Assembly (NCBI GenBank): GCA_040954595.2
Contig: CM082576.2
Span: forward strand, 12,713,129-12,777,128
Direction: 5' to 3'
DNA length: 64,000 nucleotides
Source: Balanoglossus misakiensis
Lineage: Eukaryota > Animalia > Hemichordata
Below the pieces are notes generated by a model that had not been told where the DNA came from, did not search any database, and worked only from the letters and a program-made list of their open reading frames with translations. Position 1 is the stretch's first letter. Each line of letters starts with the position of its first letter. This document shows, piece by piece, positions 13,640 to 24,252 of the stretch. Made by a program: the position numbers and the translations under genes.

Positions 13640-15065
13640 TCATTGAAAATGCTTGGCCTTCGTTTCAAAGAACCACATAAAAGCCAACATGAGTCCCACT
13701 GGCTTTAACTTGGTGTCGTCAAATATGAATTGTCTGCCGTCCTTGAGAGGAATTTCAACCACGTCGATCATTTCCCCTTCTTCCACCAGACCGCCTCCTT
13801 GGGTTTTCCTCATGTCGTCTGTGACTTCCACATAAAACATCGTCTGTTGGCTTCCACTTGCCCCAACATTAGATCTGAAATGAACAAACTTCATGCACTT
13901 TAATTTTATTCCCTCCAGCTCGCTGTCTATCTCCCATAACACCTTGAAATCACACAAACTTTCCTGCATGGCCAGAATCAAAATACTCCAATCAACATTC
14001 TTACCTGTATGAAGCCACTTTTTCAAGTTTCTCAATTGGCACATCGTAACCAGTTTCATCCAAGATTTCTTCTCTTGCCATCTGTTCCAGGCTGCATGTC
14101 TTATCTACAATGCCTGCGCAGAGTTCAAAGGTCATACCAGTGCTCCCTGGGTATTTGTCTGTATCGACCGTTCCATTGCTAATCTGTGCTTCTGAAATGT
14201 ACACAGCTGAACACCAAAAAACGAAAATTTATTGACTTTGAAAAGAACAGCATACCCCTTTATAGGAAGAGGAACATTTGCTGGTACACTATGTGTGTAA
14301 ATAGACCAAACCCATACTGACAGTTGCTCAAATGCTACAGCAACCACAAAAGAACAATCATGGAAAGATGAGATTTATTCATAAACTTGTGGAATCTATT
14401 TTTAAAAAAGTCAATTTACATATCTTTCACAAATTCTTACCAGGTCTAAACTGTTTCACTAAGATGAAAACCTTTCTCGTGACATTGAAAATCATGATAA
14501 CAACACTGCAATAATAAAATGTTAACACACAATCAGTGACATTTCAAAGATTTTTAAATGTTATATTTTATATATTTATATTTCTATCTTCATCATGTGA
14601 GAATTAGTTCTGTTTCATGAAGTCTGGCTGCTACAGCAAACTTACAGACTGTGTGAGTGAACATTGTGTAACTTGTTGTGCATTTCAGTTTCACTTTCAC
14701 TTTGTTCCAAGGAAGAAAAGACAGGGAAATGAAATGTTTCCGATTTGGTGGACAAAATGTTTATTTGAGGTGTAAAAATTAATAAATAATTTCTTTTGCA
14801 AACAACAACTAGCACCCACCCACTCATATATGCCCTTCTCCCTCACCTGTCGTGAACTTTTATGTAGTCCCAGGTTTTCTGCACCCCGTTCTGTCGGTTA
14901 AAATGGAGAGGAAAACCTGTGTTAACAATTCCTCATCCTTGTTTTGCAAAGCACAAATGCAATAGAATGTTTATTCAGTACCTGCTTGTAATGCATTCTG
15001 CAAGGTTTGATGTACTTCGACTCAGAAAAGGGAACCACACTGACTTCTTCGATGTTGTCTGCCAT
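13640..15065 (-). CDS. NUDT14: Uridine diphosphate glucose pyrophosphatase NUDT14 (Nudix hydrolase), ~209 aa
   Basis: Five exons 15065-14982, 14890-14847, 14505-14441, 14206-14005, 13874-13640, totalling 630 nt in frame. Translation: MADNIEEVSV...MHYKQNGVQKTWDYIKVHDSVVIMIFN...LVKQFRPAVY...ELCAGIVDK...EEILDETGY...SNVGASGSQQTMFYVEVTD...GGGLVEEGEMIDVVEIP, colinear with human NUDT14 motifs. Confidence 0.95.
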
Positions 15066-15411
15066 CTTGACTGGTGCCGTAAAAGGATATCACCGGAGGT
15101 CACAAAGTATCGTCGCAAAACCGAAGCGACAAATCGCAATGCGAGAAAATTAGTTAGGAAACGACAATAACCAATGCAAAAAAAGACACTAGTGCTTTAA
15201 TTACGATGTGTATTATGGCAAAATTATTTTTAAGGGGAAGGCTTATTTTGCGTTAATGTAGTTTTAAATTTGACTTGAGATTATACAGCAGAACGAGGCT
15301 AAAGGCTAAATCTAGGTCAGAGGTCACAGTAGGCGCGGTGTGTTGCAATGATACTGCGTGCTTTATGATATGTAGGTGTTCTTTTGAGTCTTTCTCGCAA
15401 ATTTTACGAAG
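15066..15411. promoter_or_regulatory. Putative bidirectional promoter NUDT14 / C6orf120-like, containing a perfect DR1 element
   Basis: Relatively CpG-rich ~350 bp between the NUDT14 ATG (-) and a strong + strand donor (AAG|gtaagt at 15411/15412) that could splice to the acceptor at 16385 ahead of the C6orf120-like ORF; AGGTCAgAGGTCA at 15314-15326. Confidence 0.6.
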
Positions 15412-16452
15412 GTAAGTTCTGGTTTGGGGGTGTAAACATGGGTGACCTTGTCGCACATATGCTGCAGCCTGTACAGCTGCTTGTAACCACATATGAAGCC
15501 ATACAATACCTTCTGTGGTAGCGCCATAGTCTGGTACCTGGTGCATGCCAGTGGTTATCATTTCATGACCTTTCAACTTCTATGTATCTGCGGTACCTTC
15601 AGGCACAGCACTGTACCAGTAGTGCCGTGGTACTTTCAGGCTTCATTCCATGACCTTATACATTTTAACGCGAGGCCTTGCGGCGGTTGTGCCATATGTT
15701 GCTAGTAGCCTACTTTTTTCATCTTGACCTTGGTATTGTTGCGACATCATCATCATCGTCGTCGTTGTTGTTGTTGTTGAAAATTGCATATATTTGTAAA
15801 CAACACATTGATGGGTCACTACACATACACGTGACTTGTTGGTTGGCAGAAAACTAGGCATAGGGACACTATAGGGAGGAGGGCGAGACATAGTTGGCCC
15901 ATTAAATTTTCACAACCATTTGATTAAACGCAAACGACTGCAATGATCAGATGATGTTTGTTTGGCATCTTTTATAAATGTACTTATGTATCTCCAACTC
16001 CATTGATTCGCCTTCATGTCAAAAGAGTACACTACTTACATGTAACCATAGTCATATTTACATGTAGTTTTACAGGTAATAATTACAACGTGTAGACAAA
16101 TGCAAAGACTTTGTGTTGGAATGCCAAAAATTGTTATATCACATTATCAAAATACTTAAAGTTACAAGGTTACATGCTGTCTGTCACAAAAAGGTTACGT
16201 CTGTACATTCTAAAAGTCTAAAGTACATCTGATATGAAGTGCCTATGAATCAGATGTGTCGCAGATCAAATTGTTGAAATTTCATATCAGTCAGTTTGTG
16301 TATGTGTCCCTGGGCAGAATCATGCTAAACCTAATTTTATTTTTTTACAATATATGAAACTTTGTTTTCCTCTTTTTACCAACAGGGGCAGGGATTTCTG
16401 TCTCAAGGTATAGCTACATATAGGAAATGTTGACAACATCCAGTGATTCAAA

Positions 16453-16944
16453 ATGTTACTCGGTCTGTATATGTTTTTCTGGCTAGTTCTTACAGCCACA
16501 GCGACAACTGAGTGCGGTGAACAATGCGTCAAATTACAGACATTTGTTGGGAAAATCGGAAGTGGGAATTTCACTTATTACCGACTGACTAGGGACGGCG
16601 ATCTGTCTCTGGTGCTAGAAACCGTAGAAGGAGACACAGACATCTATGTTTCGCAGTCCACCATGAGTCCTGATTACAATAACTATGATCTGAAGTCTGC
16701 AACGTGCGGGACAGATGTTGTTGACATACCCAAGGGTTTTAAAAGACCCATTGGAGTGGGGATCTACGGGCATGTGTTCTATCCCGCCAGCACATTTAAA
16801 CTGCACGTAATGATGGACTATCCGACAGACCACTACGAAGGTGCCAGTGGGTTTCAAAGCCACCAGTCGGAATCGGAGGAAGAAAGCCTTCTGTGGACTA
16901 TATTTGTCAGTATATTGAAGATTCTCTTTGATATTCTTCTGTGA
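16453..16944 (+). CDS. C6orf120: UPF0669 protein C6orf120 homologue (signal peptide, single coding exon), 163 aa
   Basis: Signal peptide, then GKIGSGNFTYYRL, EGDTDIYVSQ, YDLKSATCGTDVVDIPKGFKRPIGVGIYGH and C-terminal EEESLLWTIFVSILKILFDILL, matching the C6orf120 family pattern; upstream acceptor tttttaccaacag at 16385. Confidence 0.9.
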   Translation: MLLGLYMFFWLVLTATATTECGEQCVKLQTFVGKIGSGNFTYYRLTRDGDLSLVLETVEGDTDIYVSQSTMSPDYNNYDLKSATCGTDVVDIPKGFKRPIGVGIYGHVFYPASTFKLHVMMDYPTDHYEGASGFQSHQSESEEESLLWTIFVSILKILFDILL

Positions 16945-18862
16945 CCTGACTGCGCTGTTTTTGTAACTAAAAGGCAATAATTTCAAAGTTGAATGATATT
17001 ATTGATTGCGGGAAAGGTTTTACTGTTGTGTGGATCAGAGTACCACCAAGAACACAGTGAATCAAAAAGTTGGCCGGTCGTTCCTGACGTGGCCTTCACA
17101 TAGGAGCAGTGTATCACACAGTGTGTACATGTACATTGCTGGTCTCACCCATGCTGAATGCTGTTTTCCGAAATTATATGCGAAGGCAGGTTTTTTCAGA
17201 ACAGCAAAAATGAAAATGAAAGCATGCTGATCGCTGGTTGGTTTGGAGCCAGTCATTAATGCAACCTAACACTAACAATAATAGCGCTGTACAGGTGTCT
17301 CATCAGGTGTTCATGATTTTTATTTGATCTCAGCTTACTTTGTTATAAAAAGACAATCAATACGCCGGCACAACATAGCAGGAAAGCACAAAACATGAGA
17401 ATACACGCTGGCGGTGTCCCAGCATGCCGTACAACATATCAGCATGATGGAGTCTCCTCCTTTGTTAACTAATCATCACCAATTCACTGACCAACACAGA
17501 CAGGTACCGTTGCCTGACCATTCTGAAGCCAAGAGCTACATGATTCCCATGAAACCACACCTAGGATTTCCCGCAATTACCTGTTATCAGATGACTCATT
17601 CAATACTTAACAAATCAAGAACATTAGAACAGGTTGAAAATGTAGTATTTTGGATCATGAACCCATGCAGAAAGATTTAATCATTGTTGTACATGTACTC
17701 AGAGTCCATATCTTGGTCACTCTACCTCACTGATTCTATATATTGATTTCCTTCCAATATTCCATCGCCACCTAATGGCATTGATCACTTTCTAGATACT
17801 TTCCAAGATCCAACCATCACAGACATATGGGAGTTCCACAATAATTGTAATGCAAAATTTGCTGTAATCATGTTTTCTCCTTCTAGGGTTTTTCAGTAGG
17901 ACATAACTAATAAAAGCTAGAAAACCATTTCTATTTCGATATATGAAAGTGCCTTTGGTTGAAAGTTGTTTCCTGAACTCAAGTTCTTTCATTTGTTGGT
18001 TGAAATCATTTCTGTGCGCAGAAGATATCAATTTTTTGTGTCTGAGAATGCAGGTAGGACATTTTGAAAGGGATCAGTTGCTGGGAAATTTCTTCTGTGG
18101 GTTTTGTCAGATTAATAAAAGTGCAAATAGTTGTCAATACAGGACAATACTTTAATTTACTGTAAGATGGGGCCATCAGGTAAATTTTGCAATGCAATAA
18201 TGTCTTGAAATAATTTTTTTAGAATGTGATTAAAAATGGTAATAGAAATGAAAAGCTTTCTTTTAACTTGTAGCAGATTCCAATTTAACATGGAATATTA
18301 CTGGCTAGCCTGCTTTGTGACTTTGTACTCAAGCTATGTGCAACTCAGTGTGCTGACTGGATAGTAATCTACAGTACCGGTATTCTAGGAGAGTTACCCC
18401 CTGGGACAGTTATGCGCTAGACACCTGCCATAACCCTACACCCACTGACAGGTGAAATGTCCAGGGGGTAACCATCCCCATACTATGATACAATGTGATG
18501 AAGATGTTTCTTGTGCTTTCCACAGAGATTGTCTTCACTTTGTGCCCAAGAAGTCTTGTTTTTGAACTTGGCCTGTTGGTTTCTTTGCACAGGATTTGTT
18601 TCATCTTTACTCACTTTTTCATGAAACCTAGCCTTCCATTTACCTGTTTGCATGTGTTTTTTTCTGAACATATCAAACATTTCCACCTTCTTTTGGCCAA
18701 TTAATTTATTGGGTCGTCTGAGGTATCATGGACCAGAGCACAGAGATTGAAATCAATAAATGGGTTTCTCCTTAGTGTAGAAAGAGTGAGAGGTGGGGTG
18801 GGGTGTAGGGGGAGGTCACCAACCGGTAGAAATAGAGGTGTCAGGATCATTCCTAGAATTCT

Positions 18863-18947
18863 GTAACATTTTCACAACCATGGTTTGGTCCAAAATCATT
18901 GCTTTTTGCGATGAAGTTGGACCCCCTTCAAGGGGTGAAAGGGTAAA
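18863..18947. mobile_element. Degenerate copy of the ~95-bp piggyBac-like MITE
   Basis: ttttcacaaccatggtttggtccaaa...aagttggacc...ggtgaaagggtaaa resembles 10010-10104. Confidence 0.6.
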
Positions 18948-21900
18948 GTTCTCAGAAATCTGATCATTGCAAGTCAAAAATGTCAACACTGAGACAGTTT
19001 GTCAACTGTTTAAACTCAAGAAATTAAAATTTGTAGCAAGTGACAAAATGAGATGTATTTTTTATAAGTGAAAATTCTATTTTTCAATTGTAAGTACCAG
19101 TACTCCCTACAAAAACACATTCACTGTGGATGTATGTAAGTTTCGAAAAAGTTTCATCTTGATTTTTCTTACTAGGGGAGAGTGTGATCTTTATATCTAT
19201 TATTAGTTGTTACCTTTTTTTAAAATTGTGTACCGGTAAATATTGTCCCCAGTAAAGTTGACCTCTTTTACCAGAGTCAAGATAACCACCTCTATCACTA
19301 GTTGTTTCACTATTTGTTCAGGGCAAATGTTTTATTCTCTGGTGAAATGCTACTTTTGAAAAAAAAATGTCATGGTAAGGTTATAGTGAAGTTGTACAGA
19401 ATTGGTTTTCTCAGTGTCCTTTTTATTTGAAGTAGTTGACTGATATCAACAGGTCGTGAATCTGAATAAAACTTGAAATAATGAAAATGTTTGGTAATTT
19501 GTCCCATCTGTATGGGGTCGAGTCCAAAAGTTAAAACACATGTAGTATATATCTATCGTTCGTCCGAAAATGCCACGAAAAGTTTAGAATACACCGCTGT
19601 GTTGACATCAAGTTTTCGTTTTGCTGTTCTAGATGGCCGTTTGTGTGATAAAACAGCGAAAATAAAATTATAGCTGTCAGATTGATAGGTCTACTGCCCA
19701 GCTCCTAGAAATGACCGTATTCATAAAACATGATGAGGGTCCAGCCAGCTGGACTGGTACACTGGTATGGTAGCGCTTAGATTTGATACGCCCTCAAGTG
19801 TCAAAAGTGCGAAATATGAGCGCTTTTGATCTTTTTTTGATATTCTGTCGGCTTTGTGATGATGCTGGTTTGACGTTGTTATTTTACAAATCTAAAAACA
19901 AGATATACTACCGTACAATATCTCAAACTGTCAAAGAATGCCCATGTTTTATTTATCCTTTAAACAAAAAAATGTAGTGGAAAACTTCAAAAGCACAGTT
20001 CCTCCATACAGAAGTCAGCATGACCGCTCTGTCGGCCTTGTCGAGACACCTCAAGTTGGCGTCACGTCGCTTTACGTGAAATATCATATTCAGGTTCGCT
20101 GTCTGACACGCTCAAGTTCAAGGCTGAGGTCAAATTGAACAGCAACTCGAGGGATTAGGAGTTATTATTCCCCCATTGACAGTGTTGGCTCGCATACAAT
20201 GCAGATAAAAACTGCCCTGATAATAGAATACAATAGGCCGTTGTTTCCCGTTATATGTAAACAGTGGGCTATAGCTTGTCTTGTGTGAATGGCGATTTTG
20301 CCTCATGAAAACGTCATTTTTAAACGTTGATTTACACCGTGGTATGAAAATACAGGCCAAACTAAATGACAGTAGCGTTAGAAATATAAATACCGTGTAA
20401 AATATGTACATGGCCAAAGAATACCAAATGTACACCACTAGAGATCCCGTTGACGGAAAATAACAATCGATCGGATCTCCGGGGGAAATGTACACACGCT
20501 CCTGTAAATTGGCTGGGCATTGTATAAAAGTTACCAACAAGCCTCTAACTGTGCAGTTATAATGTCAAACGAGCGAGATAAACTCCAGCCAACAATGGCT
20601 TCTTTGAAGAAAGTGGGTCACTATTATATTGACGCGAAGGGGGACCTAGCGTGATCGTGTTTTACCGGTCACGACTTTTCACGTCAAGGCAGAGAGTACA
20701 AACAGCAACGCAATCACAAACTGGTCAACAGAGTTTTTATTGAAATGTTGGCACATATATAAAACTGTCAGAAATGTTTACATGCGGAGACTGGCCCAGA
20801 TAAATACTAAACGTGAAAATAGTCCCATATGCCTCACTGATATTAGAAGGTTAATCAATACATCATTAAACATCAATATAGCTTAGTATATCAAACCAAC
20901 GAAATTAGCGGGACACAATATTCAAATCCCACAAATAGCCCGACTTCATAAGATATCATATTGCAATGATAACAAAACTCGCTGTTAGAAAATTCTGCAC
21001 AAAGTGTTAAAGCTGATCAAACCCACCAGTTAGTCGCGGTGCTGACGTTATCAGCTTACATTTTCGCTCCGAGGTCGATTCATCTATGATACAGTCAAGG
21101 TTACCGACGAATATTCCAAATAACAGTCACTTTATAGCGTACTGACTGCGGAAATACTGACGACATATTTCAAAAATATTTGCAAAATAATCTTAAAGTG
21201 TCTGCATATGGCATCAGCCAAAAATAAATGTAATATCATAATGTTAAGTTTCGATATCAGGCACGACAATTTACACCAGTAATATTGTTCAGCTGTACGG
21301 TTTATACAGTCTGTTCTGGAGACAACGACATCGACAAAGCAACAAAACATTTCTAAATTTATGAATTCCGTGCTATATTTAGTTCGATGAGCGGGCGCCA
21401 TTATCATTGGACACTCGCCGCCATCATTACAAAATGTATGCTGCACCCCTTCATAAAAAAGTTTTCCTCGTAAGGTACAATATTCGCATATACAAAAATC
21501 ATCTCATAATAATAATAAAGGAATTATTTACGGAAAAGTGTTCAAATTATTCATCAAGACGTTTGTTTACCAATTCAAAATATTTAAAACTAAATGTACC
21601 TTTAAATATATTAACTGCGAAACAATGCCGTCATCGTTTGAGTGAATGTTTACAATAATATGGCAGTCATCACACCTCTTTGTTGTATTTTACACAGGCA
21701 TTTCATTTCGATGCCGAAATTTAGTAATTTTTTTGTTTGCAAATTAAATGGACAGTTCAGCTTATATCATGCTTCCACCCATTTTTAAAAAAAATAAAGT
21801 TGATACTACAACGCCGTTTTTCGGAATTTTCCCCACAGCACCTGCAGCATTGGTCTTCTCGATCAGCCGCACCAGATCTGTGATATAGGTCGGGGTCCAT

Positions 21901-22734
21901 TCCAGAGTCAATTTCCCCATATTAGCTCGCCCTGGCTGGCGGACGGTCGAAAGGAATTCCAGAGGAAAAACTGTACACCACACATCATCTGCTTGCATGC
22001 CTGACATGCAAACGAGTTAACATAAACCTGTTTCAATTGCGGATGGAATTTCAAACTTATTTAGGTCGCATAGGAGTCGGAAACACCTAAAAATAGTCAT
22101 ATGAAATAGTGTATGGAAATTTTATTTCCAGGTGCTCCCAGTTTTTTTTAAGTTGTTCAGAAGTCGACAATCCCACAACAGAAAACATTCCACGCTACAC
22201 CGACTCTGGTGCATAGTTACCGGATTCTGCTCTTTTGGGCGTAGTCACCAAAGAGCGACCTTTCGTGTTTTGAGGTGTTGACATGAGAAACTGAATCGTG
22301 TTCTAATATTACCCTCTGTTGTGTTATTTCAAAGTCCGGGCGTTCGTTTTCTTTTCAGTGTCGGTTAACCGGAACAATCCATAGTGAACTTATTGGGATG
22401 ACAGTTTTTATCTGGAAGAGCCGACAAATGGCCCCACCAATTAAATTTGGCCCCCACACTGGGCATGTTCAATGGCAATATCGATCGCCGACCGTATTGA
22501 ATATAGCACCTTCGCGTACTATACTCACGAGGCTTTTTATTTCAAACTGAGCTCAGGAGGAATGTGGTCGAGCGAACTTGTTTTGGTATGAGAGGCAGTG
22601 AGTCGTTTTACCACAGTCACAGAGGTCGTGACATTGGGTCAAAACGCACGATTTGATCAGGTTAATTCAGTATTACATCAACGTGGAGGGGACGACAGTG
22701 GTGAAGGCAATGCCAACGCCGCGCACTGTATACT

Positions 22735-24252
22735 TTAAAACAGTTTGAATTTGCCGCCCTTTTTGGACTTCTTCCCGCTCGCGGCTTCTTCACTCTCGGC
22801 TTGGATCGCGTTCAGTTGTTCTGTTGCTTTCTGCAGCTCTTCTTCTTGGGCAGCCCTCTTGGATTCAGCCTCGGAAAGCTTGGACTTCAACTTACCGACT
22901 TCGTTCAGAAGTTCGCTTATTTTGGCGTCTTTCTGGTTTACGCTTGTCGTCAACTTCTGTACTTGGGCAGAATCTGTCTTTAACTTGGCGGCTTCGCTTT
23001 CGAGCTGCTTAATTTTGTCCTCCTTCTCGGACAACGACTTCGTAGCGATTTGCAATTTGCCGACGTCCCTTTGAAGAGTGGATTTTTCGGACTCCAGCTT
23101 GCGGATTCTTTCGTCCTTGTCCGCGGCAGTCTTGGCGACGTTTTGTTGTTTGGCGGAATTATCTCTTTTCAATCTGGCGTTCTCTTCTTCCAAGCTTCGT
23201 ATTCTTTGATCGCTTTCTTTGGCGGCTTTGGACGCATCTTCAAGTTTGGCAACTTGGGCTTTCAGAGCGGCATTCTCTACTTCCAAGTCTTTCGTCTTGT
23301 CACCTGTCTGCGATAACGACTTGGTCATGTTTTCGATCTCTCGTTTAATGTTCATGGTAAGTTTTCCCTCCAACTCCGCCATGCTGTCTTGTAGAATGGA
23401 CGTTTTCCCGGCGACCTCCTCTAAAACCTTCTCGGTTGTGGTCTGGATGCTTTGAGAGGCGTCCCGGTTCTTGCTCGTCGCTTCCTCGAACTTGTCTTCC
23501 AGAAGCGTGAGCTTTTCCAAGATTTCCTCTCGCCCTTTTGCCGCCTCCTCCGCCTCTTTTTCTTGACCGCCATCCTCCTGGGAGGGGCTCTCGTCCTTGG
23601 TAACCTCCTCCAGGATTTTGAAGTTTTGGTCCTCCAGTCGGTTCATGCGTTCCTGGATCACCGTGAGCCGTTCGGTCGTGTCCAGGACGGACAGCCCGCT
23701 TTCTGACGCCACTATCTCCAGCCTCTCTTCCAGCGCGGCGAGTTTCTCCAGCACCGCCTGATTTATCACCCGGTCACCCTGCGCTGCAGCAGTCCGCGGC
23801 GACAACTGAACTTCCTCCGACCCGGCATCGCTGGCAGATTCCGGTGACATCACCGGGTCATCACGCACCTCGGGGCTGCGAACTCTTGGTGGCCCTCTAC
23901 TACCGCCACCGCCATTTCCTTTCTGATGCCGCTGTGGTTGTGTTTTCATCCTGCGTTCATTGGCCTGGGGCTGTGCGGCGGGTTTTTCCTGTGTCGCCGC
24001 TGCCACCGGGGTGGTTTTCCTCGTTGGCAGAGGTATCCCCGACGAGCGCCGCACAGGTATCTTGCTCCCCTGCGGCGTGGTGGGCGTTCGGCCGCCTCCG
24101 TGCGCCGCGTATTCCTGTTCGCTCATGTCCATCATCTCATCGTCGACCGATCCACCGCGGTAGTAGGACTGCACGTCGCTGTATCTACCGTATTGTCCGT
24201 TCTCCTCGAATTCGTTGAAGTTGGCCATAACGTTTGTCTCGTTATAGGCCAT
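22735..24252 (-). CDS. Uncharacterised coiled-coil protein (~505 aa), single coding exon
   Basis: Long GC-rich ORF; first in-frame ATG at 24252 in good context (acgATGg; the ORF track starts at an upstream TTG). Disordered N-terminus with SKIP and SGIP, long heptad region, C-terminus GKKSKKGGKFKLF. Putative 5'UTR intron 25106-24487 (CAAG|gtaagt ... tttgtgttgcag); minus-strand AATAAA near 20736-20741. Confidence 0.85.
   Translation of the reverse strand: MAYNETNVMANFNEFEENGQYGRYSDVQSYYRGGSVDDEMMDMSEQEYAAHGGGRTPTTPQGSKIPVRRSSGIPLPTRKTTPVAAATQEKPAAQPQANERRMKTQPQRHQKGNGGGGSRGPPRVRSPEVRDDPVMSPESASDAGSEEVQLSPRTAAAQGDRVINQAVLEKLAALEERLEIVASESGLSVLDTTERLTVIQERMNRLEDQNFKILEEVTKDESPSQEDGGQEKEAEEAAKGREEILEKLTLLEDKFEEATSKNRDASQSIQTTTEKVLEEVAGKTSILQDSMAELEGKLTMNIKREIENMTKSLSQTGDKTKDLEVENAALKAQVAKLEDASKAAKESDQRIRSLEEENARLKRDNSAKQQNVAKTAADKDERIRKLESEKSTLQRDVGKLQIATKSLSEKEDKIKQLESEAAKLKTDSAQVQKLTTSVNQKDAKISELLNEVGKLKSKLSEAESKRAAQEEELQKATEQLNAIQAESEEAASGKKSKKGGKFKLF

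Noticed and set aside
19728-19790. ATGATGA plus a small hairpin as a candidate C/D snoRNA
   Set aside because: No properly placed CTGA D box or terminal stem, and no host intron.
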